Positions 11,967 through 21,415 of a stretch of DNA of 64,000 nucleotides are shown here, one piece after another. The stretch is from assembly GCA_965178125.1 (NCBI GenBank), contig OZ237743.1, forward strand, positions 1,178,001 to 1,242,000, in the 5' to 3' direction. Position 1 is the stretch's first letter. Every line of letters begins with the position of its first letter. The notes beneath the pieces are model-generated. The model ran no database searches. It saw only the letters and a list, made by a program, of their open reading frames with translations, and had not been told where the DNA came from. The position numbers and the translations under genes were made by a program. Origin of the DNA: Bilabrum cf. latius (lineage: Eukaryota).

Positions 11967-12332
11967 ATGAGCGTTAAATAGAGCATAAATGATATGACAA
12001 ATAAAAGCCTTCATCATCTTGGAATAAACAGAAATGATTATAAAAAAGAAATTGATAAAATGGTTGAAGATACAGCAAACCAAATATTAAACGCAACCAC
12101 AAAAGGAAAGACAAAAGGGGGAGCTTTGAACCTTCTTGGTGGAAGTGTTAATTATATTGGAGGAAAAAAGAAGGGTTCCAAGAAAGCCCCTAAAACAAAA
12201 AAGCCCCGTAGTGCTAAACAATTAAAGAGGGATAAATTATTAAAGTGGTGTAGGTAGAAGGGAATGAATATGAAAGACAGCAATGCTTTTATAAAGAAAC
12301 ACGACCTTATTTCAAAAGACATTTAGTTTTAA
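11967..12332 (+). CDS. 121-aa basic protein with Gly-Gly motifs, putative virion core/DNA-binding protein
   Basis: ATG 11967 to TAA 12330 with TAG=Q; KGGAL, LLGGS, IGGKK; Lys-rich. Confidence 0.65.
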
Positions 12333-12406
12333 ATAGTGCTATATATACTTAAGGAAAAAACGAATAAAAACGAATTAAAGATATGCCCCCATATATATTA
12401 TACAAT

Positions 12407-13000
12407 ATGCCAGATTATAAGAAAGGAAAAATATATATTATGTATTCAACAGTAAAGAAGATTTTACCGTACATAGGCTCAACAGTTCAAACCCTATCAA
12501 AAAGGAAAGGGGGACACAAAGACGATTTTAGAAAATATAATCTAGGATAGCGTGGACGATGTTCATCTTTTGATGTATTAGAAGCGGGGAAATACAAAAT
12601 TGAACTTCTAGAGGAATACCCCTGTGATAATAAAATGTAGCTACTTAGAAGGGAAGGATATTGGTAGAGACAAATAAAATGTTGTAATAATAGAATAGCA
12701 GGACGAACACAAAAAGAATATGTTATAGATAACAAGGAAAAAATAAAAGAATATTAGAAAGAGTATCGTTTAAAGCATTCGGTAAGGCTCACCTAGGAGC
12801 GAAAGGAGAGGCGATTGAAAAATTTGGAGTCTGAAAAGGCCACAAATAAAAAGTATCGGGAAGCTAATAAAGAGAAAATACAAGCCCATAAGTCAGAAAA
12901 AATAATTTGTGAATTATGTGGAGCCACGGCGACAAGATGTCATTTGAGGAGACATCAAAGGACAGACAGATGTAAGAAAAACCGAAAGCAAGAAGTTTAA
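12407..13000 (+). CDS. GIY-YIG endonuclease with C-terminal zinc ribbon, 197 aa
   Basis: GKIY...YIGSTVQTLSKR..H, IELLEEYPC..REG, CELCG..HQRTDRC; continuous only if TAG is sense. Confidence 0.9.
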
Positions 13001-13077
13001 AAGACAGCCTACCAATTGACATATTATCTCTTAAGTTTATAAATTATTAATTATATCATTAATAATATATATATACA

Positions 13078-15159
13078 ATGTCAAACAATACAATTAATGA
13101 TTTACTGAAGGGTATTATGTAGAAACGGTCTAATCAACTTAGGATACAAAATGACCCACAAGTTAGATTAATGATATAGCAAGAAGAAGATGAAGCAGAA
13201 GCCAGAAGAAAAACCCTAAAAGATGATGCTTTCCTTCGTGCTAATTATGTTCCTATTGATGTTAGAATTGAAAGACAACAACAACAACAAGGAATTGAAA
13301 ATATTATTAAAAATATTAAGACTATGAACGCTAAAAAAGAATTACCAATTTATCAAATAGAAAATTTACAATCATTTATAAATAGAAATCCAGATTTACC
13401 GGATAAATTAAAAAGATAGGTTGTAGATACCATTAATAATATTAATGTAAGGTAGGTAGTAGGACCAGCAAGCGATAAGAAAAAGGTATTTGATGGAATT
13501 AAAAATATTAATATGAGATTATTTACAACCACTAAAGCACAACGGGACGCAGTATTAGAACAATTACCAAGCGATATGAGAGGATTAAAAGCAGTTCAAA
13601 TACGAAACGCTTTACGACAAGCTGGAATCACGAAAACCCCCCAAGGATAGAATGTTTCACAATTAACAAAAGTTGATGACGCTGTTAATGCTTTATAGGA
13701 TGTTTTAAATCCTCCTGAAGCCGTTCAACAATAGCAAAGAGATGACCCGCAACCTGATAGACCTGAACCAGATAACCCGCAACCGCCACCAGAACCAAGA
13801 CCAAAACCCCCTCCAACACCACAAGAAGCATTAAGCCCAGAACTACAAGAACAAATTGAAGCACTTGAAAGAGTAGCAAACGCCAATCCTTCAAGTAGTA
13901 GAAAAGCACCAAAGAAAACCGAACTAGCAAAAATACTTAGAGAGTCAAATGTTAAAGGTGTAAAAGGACGGTCTAAAGTTGATTTTATAAAAAGTGCTAA
14001 GAAGAAATTATCAGAACTTAAACAAGAAGCACAAGAACAAGAGGCATCACAATCATCAGGACAAGAAGAAGAAGGGGAGAACGCCAGTAGAAATTTATCA
14101 GGCTAGTTTTCAAAAGTATCACCCGCACCAGTTCCACCTAGTGGATTCTTACAATCACCAGAACCACAAGGACAATCACCAGAACAACAACAAGGACAAT
14201 CACCAGAACAACAACAAAGCACATTTGGTTCTTTAGGACAATCGGTTATGGATGGTATCAGTTATTTAACAGGAAAAACAGGCTCACAACCACAAGCACC
14301 AGCACCCCCCGCAGGTCAAGACAGAGGAAAAGGTGAAGCGATGGCAGTAGATGAAGATGGAGAACCTATTACAGATGAATTTGGAAGACAACTTACAGAA
14401 GTTCAATTCAGACAAAGACAAGCACAGGCAGAACGAGATGAAGCACAAAGACAACAAGAAGAAAAAGAAAGACAAGCTAGAGAACGGAGGGGAGCCCCAG
14501 ATGAAGAACCAAGAGATGGAGAAGCCGTAGAACCAGCACAACAAGCACAACCAGCAGAACCAGCACAAGAACCAGCAGAACCACAAGAACCACAGAAAAC
14601 AGATGATGAAATAGCCAAATCAATAGGAAAATCAATAAATGCTAAAGGCAATAAAAATGAAATATTATCATAGTTAAAAGCAAGAGGAATAAATCCAACA
14701 GACGCCAGCCCAACAATTAACACTTTAAAATATATTGTACGAAGGCTTAAAGCCGGAGTCTTACAACCTAATTTATCAACTGATGCTGTTAGGTCCTTAG
14801 TAGCTAGAGCAAATACAGAAGGAAGAGCAACCAGAAGTGATAGAACATTAGCAAAATCAAGACTAAACGATACGGGATATGAATTAAGCGGGAAGCCTCA
14901 ATGGACATATTCACCACCAGCTCAAGGTTTCGGAAATAAAGACCCTTATAATATGTTAATGAAAGCTATTAATTTAATTATTGATTAGAAAATAAAAACA
15001 TAGAACAGGGGCGGTAGTTGTGGATGTGGCAAGCATAAAGGAGGACAAATTGAACAAGAATATTTTAATGTAGCCGGTGGTAAAGGTAATCATAATGTGA
15101 AGGACAAGGTAAAACAAATCTTATATCAACACTTTGAAAAACTAAGATTATTAAAATAA
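13078..15159 (+). CDS. 693-aa Gln/Pro/Glu-rich hypothetical protein
   Basis: Single frame, only TAG interruptions (one inside a CAA CAA TAG CAA run), TAA at 15157. Confidence 0.85.
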
Positions 15160-15204
15160 TTAGTCTATAGGATAATAATATTTTGTTTTGTATAGATATA
15201 TATA

Positions 15205-15822
15205 ATGGCAGAGTTAGTAGCAACAGCAAGCACGGTTGGTGGGGTGTTGGTTCCTCTAGGATATGCGGGATGCTTCCTTTGGAACTTATGTTCCTCACTT
15301 GCGAATCGTAAAAAATTGTGTTTAGTCCTTCCACGAAAAGGAGGTAAAAGCTCACTTAACAAAAGTTTAACGTCTATAGACCCGAATATTCTATTAGTTG
15401 ATTTAGATGAAGTCCTTAAAGTTAATGCTGACACCAAACAGGTTTTATACCTAAACGAAGCAGAACGAAGAGGGGACTTATCAACGGCTAAATTATTAAA
15501 ATTTGAACTTATGAAAAAAAGTATTGAGTCTGTAAAGAAAAATTGGTTATAGAAAGCAGAACATAGAGCAGTCTTTTTAACAAGTGATTTTGAACTAGCA
15601 CAAGAAATATTCAAAAAATCCAGCATATGCGTAGCTATACCCAGCGATAAACTGTATAGCAAAATCCATAAAGATTTAGATAATGAAGATAAGGATGTAG
15701 CAAGACATTCACGAGCTGAATTTTTGAAAAGTTTTAACCCTAATGAGTATAGCGTGTATAATACGTTTGAAGGGCTTTCATAGATGGTTATGTCAGTCTA
15801 TAATATGACCTACAGAGTGTAA
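15205..15822 (+). CDS. 205-aa protein with N-terminal hydrophobic segment and P-loop-like motif
   Basis: LCLVLPRKGGKSSL ... LLVDLDE; extends over two TAG to TAA 15820. Confidence 0.7.
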
Positions 15823-15858
15823 TTATTTGAATATTATTAAAATATAAATTAATAATAT

Positions 15859-17016
15859 TTATTTAGTCTTATTATTAAAATTATCCTTTAGAGTTTTTGA
15901 TATATTTTTAGCCGGCTCCGTTGTTATCTTCCATTGAATTAAATATTCATCTTGTCCCTCTTGATTCTTTCTTCTCTTTATTATTTTACCTATATCATTC
16001 TAATATTTTCTTTTAGTAGCCTCATCAACATATGAATCTTTCCATTTAACCCTGTATGTATTATTTTTATTCTTTCTTATCAATTTTTCAATTATAAATA
16101 TATCTTGTGCTTTATTCTCGTATGGTTTAGATGCTAATAACAACTAATCTCTATTAAAGTATGTATAGGGTATGCCCTCAATTTTATATAATGGGGGGTT
16201 ATCTGGTTTTATTATTACTCTTTCAATTTTATAAGGCTTTACGCTATATTTAATATCTCCCGCCCTAAATGCTCCGGTTTCCTTTATCCCTTCTATACTT
16301 CTAGGATAATCTAATCCTATTCTTACCATTTCGCCCTCATTTAATACATCACATACTTCACCCTAACATCTAGGCGGTATATATGGTAGATTCTCCCTTT
16401 TCTTATTCAACATTTCCTATCTTGTTTTATAACGCTCGTTTAATATCTCCCTCAACTTTGGTATTAAATGTCTCCAGTTCGTAATAGTTGTCCCCGTTCT
16501 TATCTCCTATGAATTCAAATAATAAAATATAGCTCTCCCTATTTCCTCATTCAATCTCTCCACCAAAGCCATCTACGATTTACGCTTCACTCTTGAAAAT
16601 ATATGCTCTATCTTATTCTTCTTTAGATATTCTTTAAATAATTCATTATCAAATTCTCCCCCTTTATCTGTTCGTATCATTTTAGGTTTCATTAAATAAT
16701 TTCTTTTATAGATTTTTTGAAAAGCTTTTATCACATCCTCCGCCCCTCTATCCTTTAACTCTTCAAAATCTAACGCTAACCCGCTCGTATCTATCACAAC
16801 TAATAAATATTTTGAATCGTTCTTGGTAGCGTAAGGGAGATACAATAAATCAGCCTATTGGATAAGCCCCTCTTTAGTAGGTTTATAATATTTAACATAA
16901 TTCAATCCTTTCGGTTTCTTTATCGGCTTCATTAAATCGTTCGTGATAGACTTCGTATTAAATCCAAAACTTGACTCATTAATATCATTATCTTTTTTCT
17001 TTCCTCTCTTACTCAT
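15859..17016 (-). CDS. Retroviral-type (rve) DDE integrase with C-terminal chromodomain-like region, 385 aa
   Basis: Q(TAG)ADLLYLP..YLLVVID, RTDKGGEF, S-Q(TAG)-MALVERLN; C-terminal YRVKWK and EYLIQWK..TEP. Confidence 0.92.
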
Positions 17017-17056
17017 TATATATATTAATTGATTTTAATATTTATAAATTAATTAT

Positions 17057-17428
17057 TCACGAATTAAAAAGCCTATTAATAGCTTCATTCGTTTTAATGT
17101 GCTCCTTGGTGTCTCTTATCTCCTAATGGATATCAACCAGCTTTAATTTTTCTTTCTTAGTGAGTCCGTTCATCCTTCCTTTTAATGCTTTTAAAGTTTT
17201 CATATAAGGGGCTATAGCTTCTGCTTTCTTTTTGCTCACCTCTTTATATTCCACATTAAGAGCGGTTAATTTACTATTCACTTTATTTTTTAATTCTGTC
17301 TCTTTTATTTTTAGTTGCTTTAACTTTTGTTCTAATTCACGATTGGTCTTCTTAAAGTCTTCTACAATATCAAGAAATTCATTCTTTAACTTTGAGCGGG
17401 TATTAATCACTTTTTGTAATTTATCCAT
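17057..17428 (-). CDS. 123-aa coiled-coil hypothetical protein
   Basis: ORF 17123..17428 reads through TAG to TGA 17057. Confidence 0.7.
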
Positions 17429-17529
17429 TTATATATAATTACTAGATATTTTTTTTATTTTTTTTAAACTATAGAATTTTATAAAACGGGTTTAATAAAT
17501 TAAAATAAAATATTGGGCTACATTATAAT

Positions 17530-17946
17530 ATGTTCGTTAAGTTCCTGTTATCAAGTGTCAACGTTAAAAAGGTATTCCAGAATAAAAGCATCTCCACTTT
17601 TATGTCAATCGTATATATTTATGTTGAGAAGCACAAACCATCAATGTTAAAGCATTTTCAACTTGATGACCTTCGTGTCCCTCCAGATTGTAATGAACGA
17701 CTTAAAAAAAGAGTATTAAGTGAATTTGAAGAAATTGATTATATATCATATTTCGTTCAACCATTTAGAATAATACACAAGCTAAATGAAGAAAATGTTG
17801 AATGCCTAAGTGAAGACTTAAATGATACCGTAGCCATAGATTTATTGGTTAAAAAAGAGAAGGAAGCCATTGAGAAATCAATAAAGAAATAGAAGGATGA
17901 CATCATCAAAAAGGCTATAGATGACTTTATCTTACCCAAGGATTAA
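17530..17946 (+). CDS. 138-aa hypothetical protein
   Basis: ORF 17530..17892 reads through TAG to TAA 17944. Confidence 0.65.
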
Positions 17947-17993
17947 ACTATATATTAATAATAATAATAATAGTATTATTAAAATTCAAAAAT

Positions 17994-18341
17994 TTATTCT
18001 AAAAACTCAATATCAAACCATTCATTTGAATCATCATATTCTTCAGCATACATCAACGATAATTCTATATACTCTTCTAATTCACTATTAGTAAGGTTAT
18101 CAATTTCTTCTTCTTTCAATAGTTTGAAATCGGTTCCGTTGTCATCATTAAAACTTTCAACTTGACCTTCTGCTTCCTTTTTATATTCTTCTTTCCAATT
18201 ATCACTCCATACAACTCTCTTCGCTTGGTCTTTTAAAGTGTCAGTATAAAGCTTTTGTGCTTCTTCCTTATTATTAAACTTTTTAACCCAGTGTGTATGA
18301 TAACATTCACTACCCCACGCTAATGATACAATATAAACCAT
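17994..18341 (-). CDS. 115-aa acidic hypothetical protein
   Basis: Intact ORF ending TAA. Confidence 0.65.
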   Translation of the reverse strand: MVYIVSLAWGSECYHTHWVKKFNNKEEAQKLYTDTLKDQAKRVVWSDNWKEEYKKEAEGQVESFNDDNGTDFKLLKEEEIDNLTNSELEEYIELSLMYAEEYDDSNEWFDIEFLE

Positions 18342-18382
18342 ATCTATAATAATTAAAAATAAAATAATTATTATAATAAAAC

Positions 18383-19180
18383 TTAATTAAAATTATCCTC
18401 TATCTCGTCTCGCTCCTCGTTATCCAATACCCAATCTAATCTTGAAGGGTGCCACGCTCTAGAAATTAATTCTTCTTTGATTTTTTTAGTTTGTTCAATT
18501 GTTTCATCTTTCCGCTCTTCTAATGATGGGATTAATGTCGTGGAATAATCAATTCGTTCATCCTTAATTCCATTCTCCAAATGATTAAAACTAAAACAAT
18601 TAGAAAACATACATTCCATATCTACAACATTTGAAACATCCCAGTTATTTAAAGGTTGATTTAGTGAATGGCAATCATAAAACATTCCGCACATATCTTT
18701 AACATTTGAAACGTTCCAATTATTCAATGGTTGGTTAAATGAATGGCAATCATTAAACATTTCACTCATATCTTCAACATTTGAAACATTCCAATTATTC
18801 AATGGTTGGTTAAACGAATGACACTCATTAAACATACCGCCCATATCTTCAACATTTGAAACATCCCAGTTATTTAAAGGTTGATTAAACGAATGACACC
18901 CATAAAACATATCGGTCATATCTTTAACATTTGAAACATCCCATGAATTTATTGGTGATTCAATTATCATATTATCAAATAGGTTTAACATATTCGTAAT
19001 AAATGTTGTTACTAATAATTCAGGTTTCAAAAACTACAATGCGTGAAGAAGAAAATCTGTATCTTTAGCTACGTAATATGTTTTACCTTCAAATTTCACA
19101 ATATAATTATCTTTTCTAAAATAATATTCTTTTGGTTTTGTAGCTTTCAAGGTTCCATTTTCCCATTTTAAAACTTCCAT
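18383..19180 (-). CDS. DUF285/BspA-like 25-aa-repeat protein, copy 1 (265 aa)
   Basis: Repeats FNQPLNNWDVSNVEDMxxMFxxC; C-terminal EELI..AWHPSR; ATG 19180 reached over one TAG. Confidence 0.88.
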
Positions 19181-19269
19181 TCTGTATATACCTATAATAA
19201 ATATATTATTTAAGCCTTTTTAAACTCACACTATAATATTAAATAATCATTAATATTATTAAAATTCTA

Positions 19270-20289
19270 TTAATTAAAATTATCCTCTATCTCGTCTCGC
19301 TCCTCGTTATCCAATACCCAATCTAATCTTGAAGGGTGCCACGCTTTAGCAATTAATTCCTCTCTATATTTCTTTGTTTTTTTAATGGTTTTATGTTTTC
19401 GTCTTTCTAACAACGGTATCAATGTTGTAGAATAATCAATTCTTATACCCTTAATACCGTTCTCTAAATGATTGAAACTTTCACAATCTTTTAACATCTA
19501 AAACTTACTCTAGACATTGGAAACATCCCAATTATCCAATGGTTGATTGAAGTTCTAACATCCATTAAACATAGAGGATATATATTCAACGTTAGAAACA
19601 TCCCAATTACCCAATGGTTGATTGAATCTTGAACAAGAACCAAACATACCACTCATATCCCTAACATTACTAACATTCCAATCGTTCAATGATTGATTGA
19701 ATTCAGAATGATAGAACATAGACGACATTTTTTCAACCTTAGAAACATCCCAATTATTTAATGGTTGATTGAAGTTCCAACATCCATTAAACATAGAGGA
19801 CATATTTTCAACGTTAGAAACATTCCAGTTTGTTAATGATTGATTGAATCTTGAACAAGAACCAAACATACCACTCATATCCCTAACATTACTAACATTC
19901 CAATCGTTCAATGATTGATTGAATTTAGAACAAAAATAGAACATAGACGACATTTTTTCAACCTTAGAAACATCCCAATTGCTCAATGGTTGATTAAAGC
20001 TTCTACAACTTTGAAACATTAAACTCATATCCTTAACATTTGAAACATCCCAAGTATTCAAAGGTTCATTAAATTTATCCTATCCATTGAATACTTCACT
20101 CATATCTGTTATGAATGTTGTTATTATTTCATAAGGTTTATAGTCCTTCAAAAACCATCTTATATAATCTTTATCCATTGCTATATGATAGGTTTTCCCT
20201 TCAAAATTAACCTAAAATCCATTTCGTTCATAATATTCTTTTGGTTGTGTAGCTTTCAAGGTTCCATTTTCCCATTTTAATAATTCCAT
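19270..20289 (-). CDS. DUF285/BspA-like 25-aa-repeat protein, copy 2 (339 aa)
   Basis: Fragments 19270..19497 and 19555..20061 join over TAG; termini nearly identical to copy 1. Confidence 0.88.
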
Positions 20290-20448
20290 TCTGTATATAC
20301 CTATAATAAATATATTTTTTAAGTCAATTTAAACGCTCTATAACAATTTAAAAATAAAAGCGCGTTTGTTCCATTTGTGAAGGTATAAGCGAGGATAAGG
20401 GGGTATAATGAAGGTAGTTTAGAAGGTTGAATAATGGAGTCCCATAAA

Positions 20449-20580
20449 GTGATGGAACTTTTGGCTAGAAAATGGCTAGAGTCCCATAACACCTTCACAA
20501 GAGGGCTACATCCACGTTTTGATTAGAACTTACATATACTAATACGCAATTTATGGATATGGTCATCGTATAGAGTTTTA
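20449..20580. repeat. Dispersed intergenic element, copy C (partial)
   Basis: Matches copy B directly and copy A inverted. Confidence 0.8.
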
Positions 20581-20599
20581 TATATAATTGATTTTATAT

Positions 20600-21320
20600 A
20601 ATTAGAAGGATAAAGCAGTTATATGAAGTAGCAGTATGAAGAGGACCACCTTGACTTTTGGAGCGACTAGCTCCAAAAGGAGTGGAACGGACTGAAGAGC
20701 TTTAGCTCTGATGGACTGGAACTATTGAAACTTGTTTCCTTAACCGAAGGGAATAAATTTATTTATTACCGTAGCGGGGGGGTCCTTACGAGGATGGCTC
20801 GGGCTCACTCTCCTTCCCTCTGGTCCTTTGGTGGATGAGTGGCTGAGTTTCAGGGTGATCGTCTCGGTATGTGTAGCACCATGATGTTTCGGAAATCCTC
20901 TTTGGGACGAGGGGTTCTTCTTTCTTTTGCTTTCTTTTGAGGCTTTGGCCCTTGCTCTAGGGGGGGGCTGCGGGTCTTTTGATCGCGTTGTTCTCTGAGG
21001 TCATCATTGATGGCCCCACCTTGGGGGTGTGACAGCCATTCGTGAAAAGTCGTATCGTTACATTCAATCATCATCATCACCTTCGAGATCTCGCATCGGA
21101 CCCTCGTCCAACACTTAAGGTTGCACATTACTTTGTGTGGTTTCTTTACCCTACAAATTATTCTGGTATTCTGGTATTCGGCGGTGAAAGGGTCGGGGGT
21201 CTTGTAGTCCTTCGTTTTAGGGCTCCTCCGGATCTAGGTGATCACCCAAACCCCTTCGGGGGCGACGGTGCATCTGGGTGCTTACGGAATCTTTACCCAA
21301 CAATGTATTTCTGTATTTCT
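20600..21320. other. Probable right terminal region (TIR candidate) of the virophage, hairpin-rich
   Basis: Intermediate GC, no convincing ORF, many stem-loops, sits between last viral gene and host gene 3' end. The partner repeat is not in the window. Confidence 0.5.
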
Positions 21321-21415
21321 GTATCGGGCCTCGCGTGCAAGCCATCAACTAGGGCTGTTTCATGACCTACATGCTGTACGAGAGAACCTGTACGACACCT
21401 GGCGTTGCACTCCGG

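Larger units (their letters stand above)
1..21320. mobile_element. Endogenous mavirus-like virophage (EMALE-like, rve-integrase type) using TAG=Gln; left end not in window, right junction approximate
   Basis: AT-rich, gene-dense block with no introns seen, abutting GC-rich host DNA. Contains the ATPase-protease-penton-MCP module in mavirus order, plus pPolB, rve integrase and GIY-YIG. Confidence 0.93.

Noticed and set aside
1-20600. TAG-recoded bacteriophage (crAss/Lak-like) or bacterial contaminant
   Set aside because: Gene set is virophage-type, no Shine-Dalgarno pattern was noticed, and the flanking intron-containing host genes use the same code.
20690-20735. Hammerhead ribozyme (CTGAAGA ... 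GAAAC)
   Set aside because: Stem II is not directly followed by GAAA, and stems I/III could not be built.
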